DNA of 64,000 nt, taken from the NCBI RefSeq assembly GCF_036321535.1, contig NC_087437.1, positions 99,388,001 to 99,452,000 on the forward strand. The letters are read 5' to 3'. Below the pieces are notes generated by a model. That model had not been told where the DNA came from. It searched no databases and saw nothing but the letters and a program-made list of their open reading frames with translations. This DNA comes from Camelus dromedarius. Lineage: Eukaryota. A program made the translations under genes and the position numbers. Numbering within the stretch: the first letter of the stretch is position 1; each line of letters starts with the position of its first letter. Positions 40,806 to 52,020 of the stretch are shown here, piece after piece.

Positions 40806-43800
40806 GGATTTAAGACTAAAGAAAGGACTATTTGATATAAAATACTGTCAATATCCATTTTATTTTATGAGTTATTTCAGAAATGAATGTTTTAGAACAG
40901 GCCTCTATTGGATGATTCACATCCCCAAAGAACTGTTGCCAGTTTATTGCAAGTCTTCACAGCTTATTATATTCATCTTTCAAGCTGTATATAACTTTTT
41001 TGGTCTGAATCTATGGAAGAAATAATACTGTTGGTGTTATTAGAAATATCGTCATGTTCCAACTGTTAATTAACTTTTTAAAAAGTAAAATATGGCTTAA
41101 ATGTCATTTTTTTTCCTGTTTTCAAAGCAACATGTCACACTCAAGTATACGTAACTGAAGTGTAGTGGCTTTTAATAGCAAAGAATATGACACTCCCAAT
41201 GTCTCAATTGTATTTTTTCAAATTAGGTAGAAATTGAGAAGTGTGAGCCAGTGCACTGGGCTTCTAGCAACAGATTTGAACTCCTGCCTTTACTTTGTGG
41301 AATAATATTGGCTAAAATATATTTTTTTCCTAAAACCACAATGTCATATTTTCTTTGATTAGAGAACAGTGGCTGAATGATGGGGTTTCACCTACAGTCC
41401 AGATCAACAATGAAATCATATAAAGTTTTCATCACCCACTTAAGACGTGTTATAAGTATATTTACTATGGGCCTCTGATTTTGTGACACAAGAAATATTA
41501 TGTATAAAGTTTGTTAAATGGTTTTTTTTTTGGAAATTTATTAATTGGAGCCTGTTAATTTTATCAAAACGTAATTCATCCAACAGAAAAGTAGTAATAA
41601 ATAATATTGATTAGATTTCCTGAAATTCCTTCAATATAGGAAGTATCATTTGGCATATGAAAACTGAACTTCCACGAACAAATTTTAATGTAAAAAGGAA
41701 AAATAAATTACATATTAGCCCTATTTATTTTTCAAATATTAAAGGAAATAAAGAAAAAAGGGAAATACAACTAGTGATTCTGGTCTTTTAGGAAAAATCC
41801 TGCATTCCGGACAAACTTAGATAGAATGTAAAGGATGAGCCCATTTCTGAATTGAACGCAAAACTTAAAATATATAAAATATTAAATACTGTGTCAGGGA
41901 TGCAAGTTTGAAAGCCATAGTTTTTAGGAACTCCCTGTATAGCTTCAGAAACATTTAAGAACAACATGACAGTTAAAATCACAACTAATAAACATACAGA
42001 AATCAGCACACAAGGGTTTTAGTTTGCTTGCCTGTGTTTGAACATGTAATGCTCATCTTCCTTTTATGTTTTGACCCACCTACTCAAGATGACTCTTCTG
42101 CTTTTTAGGAGATGGTACTATGAATGTCCAAAGCTAAAATGGTTCCAGATATCCTAGTCCATCCTGGTGTCTTTCTTCTGAATTGCCATCAAGGCTTGGC
42201 CTACCTATCATTTACCTCCACATTTTGAATTTACTCTAAGTTCCTGGGGGCCCAGAGCATGATTTTTGCAAGTCGTCTGTGGGTGTGGTGCCTGCTCTAT
42301 CTGAAAGGGTAGCTGGGCAGGTAGATCAGAGAGAAGGGGGATAGAGTTGGATACTCTCAGTGGTGAAGGCCATAAAAAAACAAGAAAACACAACTCAGCA
42401 GTAGCCCTGTTCCAGGCCATTCAAGGTCATCAGAAATTGAGTTCTGGAGGTAAAGTAGAATGTCTTTCAGGCAGTGACAATCTGTCTAGAGATTTTGACA
42501 TTGGGCTCTCTGGCCTGTATTTATTTATGCAAGAAACATAGCACTAAAGACACCTCTTTCTGGTCAGAAACATTGAGGGACCCTTAAAACATGCAGGAGT
42601 ACCTTCACATCTCAGACCATATTTACAGGCTGTGTTTGAGGGAAGCCAAGCTCTAGGAGCTACTTCCTGTCAAAGAGAGGGAAATTTATTAACAATAGTT
42701 ATAATAAAAACATTACTGATTGGTGACAGAAAAGTATGTCCTTGTAATATTTTGTGGAAAGAAAAATATTAAAATCTGAATTGTATTTTTCTAAGTGGAG
42801 AAAACATTTCCAAAGTCCAGAATTTCAGGGTCATGTAATTTGCATAAATGACACAGATAGGGTTTTGATGAGAAACCAAAAATTATTTAATTGAAATTTG
42901 AGTTATCCCTTTTATATAGAATGAACAGACTACATTTGAATAACAAATATATTTTTTAAATTATATCTGAGAGAATTGTCAGTTTTGCTCTTCTTGAAGA
43001 CATTCACTTACTATATGTTTGAGGAAGTCAAGGAGATATGTAAATTCATATGCTTGAAACTGATGTGTAAAAGGAAAATATCTTCATTTATAAAATAAAG
43101 GAAAAAACTTATTCACCTACTGTGAGTATTGGTGTACAGTAGCTTATCTTGTGCTTTCAAATAATTTATGAATATGAAGATTTGATATTTAAAAATAATT
43201 GAGATGATGGTTCTATTATGTGGAAATAGAATACACAGTGGACACATTTCTTTTGTTTACTGAGCTATGCTTTGTGCAAGTAAACTCCTAAAAGCAAAAG
43301 TCCTGGAAATTTTGAGGCAAGATAAAGTTGATCAGAATTAAGTTGTTTATTGAGGGATGAGAGGAAGGTGGCATTTGAAATAAGGATTTCATATACTAAT
43401 TTCAAGGTAGGATTTTTGTTGTGTATAAATTTTTTTTTGAAAAATCAAAATGGCTATATAATAATGTTTTGCTCACATGAGTCAATGAGAGAGAATCCTT
43501 TCTTGTAAGGTTTTCATTGTTTGAAAGGGATGATTTTTTTAAATGCAACTTTGACGAAGACTATACTCTTAATTTCTGGTTGGATGTTGTGTCATGATAC
43601 CAGTTTCGGCATGTTTGCTTTAAATGACCATGTACACTAATTAGAAAGAAAACAATTCATCAGGAGCTATATCAAATATAGCCCTGCAAATGGTATGAGC
43701 TTTTTCCAAGGATCCATATTGTCCTTGGACTTGGCTGTTGTATTATACTTTAAATGGAATTGATTGTGTGGTTGTAATGAAAGTAACAGATTGATTTCTA

Positions 43801-45277
43801 TCCAGTGTTACAAAGAGTAAATAGAAAAATGTTCCTGTCTTGACCTGCATTCATAACCGATGGGATTTGCTGGCTTTAGACCCAATCCTTAATAAGAGAT
43901 AAGATGCAAATGTAATAAAACTGGCTTCAAAGTTTAAGGATCTTTTCAATGCTCATCAAAGATGTTTCTTTTTGCATTTAGATGTGTTGTATTGATTAGA
44001 TCACAATCACCTAGGAAATGTTACTTTCTTTAAATGCTGTTCATAATTTATCATGTAGTTAGCATTCCTATGGGCCTTTATAAACATATTAAGATTACTG
44101 AAGTAGAGATTATAACATATTGGTATACTTTTTAATTGTCCTTAAAGTTGAATTGCCTTTTTTAGTTATTTAAGCAAATGATGATGGTTTAAATTTGGGT
44201 TTATTTAACTGATTAATTTTGGTTAATAAACATTTTTGGCTGTGGAGTACATTTTTACATCGCAATATGTTAGGTAAGGTATAATATTAATATATTGTAC
44301 TAGTACATTGTAGCAGTATTGTTTCTGAAGGACTATTCCTGCTGAATATTCATTCAGAGCTATTGTTGTATTGTTTATTAAGATATGAAATGCTTGTTTC
44401 CGATAATGAACTCTTAGTCTTTTCCCCTCATTCTTTTCTTGACTTTAGAAGATAAGCAAACATGAGCATTATGATAACGTTTTTTACTCCAGTAGTCGGG
44501 ATTTTATAAGCCTTTTTCCCTATTCACCCTTTGTAAATAAAATGCAGGCCCACAAAACAAAGAATTTAAAATGCGAGATACATTTGGTAACTTCATTTTG
44601 CTATAAATGAAGGAATGCAAAAAAAAAAAAGGGAAAAACGTAACAATTCATTTGTAAGCAACAGTTTCTTCACACATGTGACTTTTTTTGGATTTGTTTT
44701 ATGTTTTGGATAAAACAGTTTAGTTTAATGATTCCTAGATGAGACAAAACAAAACTAAACAAAACTAAACTAAACTTTAAAAAAAAAAAAAGACTAACAC
44801 ATTCGACTGCTGGTGTTTCTCAGTTGTAGCTTCCAAGAGCTCTCTCTTCTTCCCAGCCCCCTTGATACCCTGCAGGTTGTGGCAGACAATTCACAGGAAA
44901 AGCATAGACATCGAGCTTGCACGCTTCTTGACTCCATTTTAAACCTTTTGTTCACACCAGGGTGGCATTTTTTCACACTGCATGTGGCAGTTTTGACTCC
45001 TATCCAACTTGTCTTATAAAATCAAAGTCTGTGATTTTTTTTTTTTTTTTTTTTTGCATTAACAGGGCTGCTTCCTGAACTGCCACTGTTCAGTGTTGTG
45101 CCTTTCCTCATGATAGGTGCAGAGGTTTATAGCAAAATTGTGTTTAAAGGAGGGGGAGGAAGAAGAAAGAAATATGAAAAATGTCCTGGCCTAAAACAGA
45201 GGAAATAAATTTTGAATAAATCAGAGGTTAACTTTGCAGAGGTCTTGCATGAAAATCAAATGCACTTACCTACTTAC

Positions 45278-45384
45278 CTCTACTTTTATTATTATTTTGC
45301 TATACTCTGCTGATTATACAGGTTACTTTAACGCATATACACAATGATACCACTTTCAGCTTGTAAATGCCATTTTTTAAAAAG
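45278..45384 (-). ncRNA. Candidate internal non-coding exon (107 nt; alternative donor gives 115 nt)
   Basis: Minus strand: gtttttgttttgcaatcacatgacag| acceptor and GAG|GTAAGTAG|GTAAGT tandem perfect donors; its first ATG (ATGGCATTTACAAGCTGA) closes after 5 codons. Confidence 0.55.
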
Positions 45385-48379
45385 CTGTCATGTGATTGCA
45401 AAACAAAAACCTTGTCCTCAGATAAATACAATTGTTTTCTCATATTTTATAATATTCAATGAGTGTAAATGAATTTTACTTTTAGATATGATCATTCAAC
45501 ATACCCTATTTGATTTTAAGTTCAACCATGAATAAAATAAAACCTGTTTTTAAAGAACTTTATACCGTGAGACACAGCATTTAAATAATTTCTGTATCAA
45601 CTTCATCATTCTTAAAGTTTTCTTCTTTACTCTGTTCAATTAAAAATGTCACTTTAGTCCTCCATTTTTTTTTATATTTTCAAATAATAAACTACACAGA
45701 TATTTCAAATAAATTGTATAAAGCCATACTTATGAAATAACAGCAGAAGTGGAAAATTTACCAAACTCAAAAGATGTGTGTGCACTGGCATGTTTCTACA
45801 GAGTAATTCTTAGGAAGGAAATGAAAACTACAAATAGGAAATCTCTGTAGATGATCTGGCAATAATAAATATTTCCATATTTTCATACTTGTCCTTTGGA
45901 AGTCTTATTTTGTTTAAAGGAGTATCTTGTATTAACAAAAGCATATAAAGGAGTATTCTAAAAATGTTCTCTAGACATGTGATTTAATTCAGCATTATTT
46001 TTGTAGTGGGTATAAGGAAAGATTTCTGTTTTAATCAGCAGATAAATAATGATTATATGATTTCTTAAATTTTCTGAAATGATACAGTAGTTACATTCTT
46101 TTATTTCTAAATCACTGCGTTTTGATCAGTAGCAGTTCAATCACAACATAAATAGAAGTGAAAATTCAGTTAATGGAAGCAAAACTTCAATGCATTAATA
46201 AGTATTTGTTAACAGTGTTAACACATTTTAAGGTAAAAGAATCTTATTGCATATTTTATTAAATTTTTAGCTGCAAAGCCAACTTAATAAAGTGAAATAA
46301 CTTTAGTTAATTCAATTTGTGTATTTGACAGATAGTAAAGAACCATATTATTGTGCTTTTAAAAGATATCTAAAAGAAGTAGCTATAGATTATAGTTTTT
46401 ATGCCTTCTTTCAGGGAATACCTAGATAAATTCAGTGCATCTGAACTATTCATTACAATATTTGAAATATGAAATGTATCTGTTATATTGAGAAAGATAT
46501 CAATTTAGAATTTAGATTTTTTTTTTTTCACTTTCTGGAATAACAAACTATGATTGACAAGAAGATAGCAGAGAAATGGCACTTCATTGTAAGTTCTGTA
46601 ATAGTAGATGTGCTCCGGACAGAACAACCACTTACTTTTCCTTTTACAGATAGAAAATTCTTTCATCTACAATTCTTATAACTTATTTGAAAATAAAGCA
46701 AAAGAGAAAAAAATGACAGATTACGTAAATCCAAATGGTTAGTATAAATGAAACTCCACTTAAACAAAAAGCAATGAGTTTTGTAGTCTGGAATTTTCTT
46801 GTGATGCACTGATATTTATTAAGTACAATTTTTTGCAGTTAATTTAAAATCTGGCAGCATTGGGAAAAGAAAGGAGATAAAAATTATTTATACTTGAATA
46901 TAAAAATTTTTATAAAGACCAAATAAAATTCTGTCATTAAAAACAAAGCAAACAATTGAAAGTAAATAAAATATCCAAATAAACATATACCAATTTAAAG
47001 TTTAGTATTAAGCCCTAATTTAAGACCTAACGGTATCTAGAAACCTAACAAATGACTTGAAAGTAAGACTATGAAGAAAGGTAAAAAATTTAGTATCTAA
47101 AGAAATTTAAGTTTACAAAATAAAATTTACCTCCTTTTGCAGCTCATATGTTTGTTGAAAAAAAGCATGACTTTATTTCCTGTGCATGCCAAAGAATGTA
47201 AAAATTAATTTATCTCATCATTTTTCATTATCTAGCACAGAAAACCCCAACTTTTATTGCTTTAAGTTTCTTATTTCCTACCCTCCCCCCACCCGCTCCT
47301 TCCGTTTCTTCAGACTCTCTTCTGTCCAGCATATCTTCTATTTGAGGTGAACAAAACAAGACCCCCAAACAGACACACACAAAATAACCACCACCCAGCT
47401 GAAGAGAAATAGGTTTTCTGCCTTTGGCCTGTCCTTATATGTTAATAAAATCAGCTCATACATTCTGCCACCAAATTCAGCTTGGAAGTAATCCTCTGCT
47501 ACTTAAGGCTGGATGAAAAGAGTACTCATTGTGAGTTATGTTTCATCTGTCACAATAACCTTCTTTATTCTGTTCTGGACCTCCCCTTTTCCTGTGGCAA
47601 TTAGAGAAAATAGGTATGCCCTGAAGTATGAGATAGTGATTTCTTAAAACAAAACCAAACCAAATAAAAACTGATACACACAGACAATGCTTGCCAAGCA
47701 GTATACTGAAGATAAGCATGTGAGGCATTCTGAAGTGATTCTGATTTTTTAAGGACTCAGTAAAAAGAATGCATTTTAGAATTAGCAGGTGGGGTAGTTG
47801 CCATCGGTTATTGCTAATATCAGCTATTGATGAAAAGCAGTAAATTACGATTGTACTAAAAATGAAATGTCAACAACGTAGTTCCATATTGTATACTTTC
47901 TAATGAAATCATGCTATAAGATGCATATTATAAATACGTGGAATATATTTAACATGTCAAATCAGAGTAATAAAGTTACGTCTCTTTAAGTATATCTCAA
48001 TACTTCAGACTAACATTTCCCCAAATTCTTAGAAGGGGAAAAACAAAGAAAATATTTTCCCTTAACAGAACTTATCAAACATTTTGTTTAACTTAAAGTC
48101 AATCTGATTATTTGAATTACTTACTCTTACAAATCACTGAAATTACCTTGAGGCCGTTCAAGTTCACCTTTCTGGAATTAAATCTGTTAAATGATAGGCA
48201 TCATCTAATCATCTTCTTAAAAAGATACCTCAACTTTTTGGCTTAGCAGGATACAGTTATACCACTTCTAGTTACAAATGAGTTAAGCTAGAAGATCTTA
48301 AAAAGCTGCAAAAGGAAAAAAAAAAAGGAAACAGTTGACAGAAAAGAAAATGTTCCTTCTAGTACCAAAAGCAAGTCAC

Positions 48380-49020
48380 TGCTGATGAAGTAATGCAAAT
48401 GGCCATCGTAACAGTTGGATAAAATAAAAGCACATAAATAATTTAAGCTAACACGAGATTCATAAATTCTGAAGAAAAAAATTCTTGAGACGAAAAGGAA
48501 AACCTTTTGGCCCATCGCACAGGTTGGGCACAAAAGTGCTTGCTAAGCTATCTATTTCACACATGCAACGACAGAAGGTTCGATATTCATTCGATCGATG
48601 AGTGAAAAGGCACAATGGCAAAATCAGACAGACTTCTTTTCAAATACAGATCTCCAATGTCCCCCTACAGTCTACAGATGCACGGCTGGTGGTGTGGCTC
48701 AGACGGAGCAAGGGTTACATCAAGGCTGTTCTCTGGACCGTGCAAACAGTCTAGACCAATGACCTGCAGCATCGTGCCCTTTGAAGAAGAGGCAAGTTCG
48801 GTCATGATGAAGAAAAATCAAGGCGTACCCCTTTTAACAATAGGGAGCAGCTCGAGGCTGCAAAGAGGTAAGCAGGGGTAAGAAGAAAACGGCATCTGCT
48901 TCCATGGTTACAGGCCAACTATGAGAACCTTGCTTTTCAAGGGAGTCTGTTCTCAGGCTCCCTCACGGGGTATGTCATGCATTATAAGCAAAGGCAGGTT
49001 CAGCTGAAATCCGCATAGTT
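48380..49020. promoter_or_regulatory. CpG-retaining promoter-proximal/enhancer block
   Basis: About 18 CpGs counted by eye in ~640 nt, far above the CpG-depleted flanks; octamer ATGCAAAT at 48393-48400; no repeat recognised. Confidence 0.55.
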
Positions 49021-50125
49021 ATTTCAGAGTAAAATGATACAGAGCACATGGCTGGCAGGGAAAAAAAAAAGTCACATGACTATTAAGAACTAGACTTGGG
49101 CTATTTCAGAATAGAATTTTTTTTCTTATACCAGTCTAAATAAAGACAGTAAATTTGTATAAAACAAACAGAGATGATCAACATGATTTTCATTTCTTAA
49201 GCTCTTATGTGATCAGAGGTCAGGGGTCAAGATAATATCCCCTGCCCCATGGCAGGACCATACAGCTATTGTTAATATAACTTTATGATGAATATCATTT
49301 AAAAATATTTCCATTTTTTTTGCCAGACCATAACATAGAATATATATTCTTGTGAATGTTTCTCTCTCTGATCTGATTCTCTTTGATTTCCTGCCCTGGA
49401 TCTTCCCATGTTTGTGTTCATTTCCGTGGTTAGAGCTCATGAAGAGAGCTAGGCGGTTTGGTGAGAAACTTCCTTGGTGTGGAAGTGAAAGCTAAGAAAG
49501 TGTGGGCTTTCCTCTGCCTTCTGAAATATACGTATAGTGGATTCAAATCTGTGTCAAACCATTAGCCTCTGATACTAATTCTGTCTCTAATTCATGCAAT
49601 TATATTTTATTCATTATTTGGTACATCAGTGAGTCTATATATTCAAATATAAAAGTTTCTTTTTTGTTTTCCATGTGATGTTTAGTTGTTACAGTTAAAT
49701 TTTGTGATATGATTTAACACTAGTAGCTAACGCTATTTGAATAAAAATTTGACAAATATAAAATGCAGCGTATTCTTTAATATTAAGGATCAGTCTAATA
49801 ACTGCATAAAATGCAGACATGAATAATTAACACAGATGAAGTGTTCCTCTAATAATGTACCATAACCGAATATTAGAAGTGCTCATATCTGGTTTTCTTC
49901 CACTGATGTACAATTAACTCTAGATGGTCCATGCAGTTTATCCTTTGAGCAATTTTTGTCTGCAAGTGTATTATTAAAATTAGGAAATGAAAAATGAAAG
50001 AAGGCTCCAAAGGGCAAGGCATAAAACAACTTCCACTGAATTTATTTTTTAAGAAGCTCTGTATGTTACTATAAATGAGCACCATATGGTCTTGTTGTAT
50101 GTAGATATTCATTTCAAATACTTAC

Positions 50126-50248
50126 CTTGAAGGAAAATTACCTCGTAGTTTTACAAGAGCAATTAAGTACTGGTAACCAAGATAGCAACAATTTTGTGCT
50201 CTCAGTAGAGAAATCAGAAGGAAATTTTCTGATGCATACTTCCATACT
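50126..50248 (-). ncRNA. Candidate first exon of a spliced lncRNA / miRNA host gene
   Basis: Inr-like GCAGT with A at 50248, 31 nt downstream of TATATTTA; perfect donor AAG|GTAAGT at 50126/50125 and alternative GAG|GTAATT at 50142/50141. Confidence 0.55.
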
Positions 50249-50850
50249 GCGTTTTGAGCTAGGTTCATGGCTAAATATATGTGTGTGGTTCTGTTTCTTT
50301 TAATGGAAGGAGATGTTAATTTCTATGCTTGTATGGCGAGGAAAGCATATAGAGCAAAAAACGAACTACTGAAGTGTTATTATTTTAGTATACAATAATC
50401 CATGCACTATTATAAGCAATGGACTTACTATCTTCAAGCAGTCGTGTTCTAGTTTCTTTAAATAATTTATGTACTGCTAAGATAATTCAGCATCGGAGTT
50501 TCTTTGATGAAACAGCAGATCATACTTGCTGCCAGAGGTCAAGTGCCAGTTATTTCTTCTGTGGAAAATCTACCTCTCAGTTCTCCAAAGGAAAACAAAA
50601 CAAAAGCAAATGCACTCAAGTTTAAGTATTGCATGATAATCTGTGGGTTGTGGTTAAAGGAAAAAGAGGCTTTTATGTGAAATCTGTTGCAAAATAGCTG
50701 GATTCTTGAGTTTCTTCTTTTTTTTTTTTCTAGTTAACATTTAACCATTAGTCTTGATCTTTTGTTTTTCAAAACATACTCAATTTTATGAATATTTATA
50801 TCTGAACATAAATTACACTAACTTGCCACGTGGATGTATATAAACTTGGA
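50249..50850 (-). promoter_or_regulatory. Candidate Pol II promoter of the minus-strand transcript
   Basis: TATA-like TATATTTA (minus, 50279-50272), RUNX TGTGGTT at 50284-50290 and 50649-50655, E-box CACGTG at 50827-50832. Confidence 0.5.
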
Positions 50851-51479
50851 GAAATTATCATATTCAGATTGATAGTTATTAAAAGGTTATTATTTGAACA
50901 CATTAATATGCAGATAGACATTTAATATTGAGTATCTAGGGGGGGAAATGACAGCTTCTTTCCTTAAGAAAGATTCTCCCTGAGATATTAAGTACCTGAG
51001 AATTATGTCCATATTACACGTAGTTTGCAATAAAAACTCCACTCAGATAACAAGATGTGTTAGATTTAACATTCCTCAGAATTAAACTTTAAGATAATTA
51101 GTATATTTTGCCCTCCCCACAGAAAACCAAAAAAAAGAAGAACTAAAATTGGCCTTGTGTAATGAAGATTTATTCATATAAGTGAGATAAAAAGACTAAA
51201 ATTTTCATTGCCACACTGTCTGATAGTGCTTTGAATATAGTAGATGCTCAGTAAAATCTCTCTCTGGTAAATGAATAAACCTGTAATTGCACCAAAGACA
51301 ATTATCTAAATATAGTTCAATCCCATGAAATACAGGACAGAATTTTTCTCCTTACTTGTGTATCTTTATTTACCTTTTTTTCTTATGACCTTTCTATACA
51401 AATGAGTACTTTTTGTCAGTAATCTGGGATTACCGAAAGCCTATACTATGTGTCCTGTGAGACTAGAAGTATGTAACCA

Positions 51480-51730
51480 GAGCCACATTTCCCAAATGTG
51501 ATTCTATGAAACATTATTATTCTGAAAGATGTTACTAGATGTTCTGGGACAGAAAAAAAATTCAGGAGTTAAATAAATATGAGAGGGATGCTATATTAAA
51601 CAATGTTAAACAGATTTCTCATATGAAATAATTTTTAAAGGGCTTTCAAAAAACTAATGTACATAGTGTATCCCCAAAAGGGATATATACTTGACACCGC
51701 TTTCCAAAGTTACTTCATCAATTTTCATAA
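51480..51730. mobile_element. hAT-Charlie MITE (MER103C-like)
   Basis: tttcccaaatgtgattctatgaaaca...aaacaatgttaaacagatttctc...actaatgtacatagtgtatccccaaaaggg...tttccaaagttactt. Confidence 0.55.
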
Positions 51731-51811
51731 AATACTTATTAGCTTATATGTATGTATGTGTTTATCAACTTTTTTCATAAAATACTTGTTAACTTAATGT
51801 GACCTGATTTC

Positions 51812-52020
51812 AAGGATGTGCTGTAGCTGGCGAAAATCAGCTTGAATGAGGTGATTGTGACTATTCATTCCTAAACTCCATTTTTAAGAGACATCATTTT
51901 CTTGCTTGAAATCAGCCATGCCAGAAGTATTTGCACCATAGAAAACAGCAAATGCTACAAATCAAAGCTTGCTTTCCTTTTTTCAGAATCAGTTATTAAA
52001 CATTTACCAGCACACCATTA
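51812..52020. mobile_element. MER63A-like hAT-Blackjack MITE
   Basis: gcttgaaatcagccatgccagaagtatttgcaccatagaaaacagcaaatgctacaaatca...ttaaacatttaccagcacacca matches MER63A. Confidence 0.8.
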
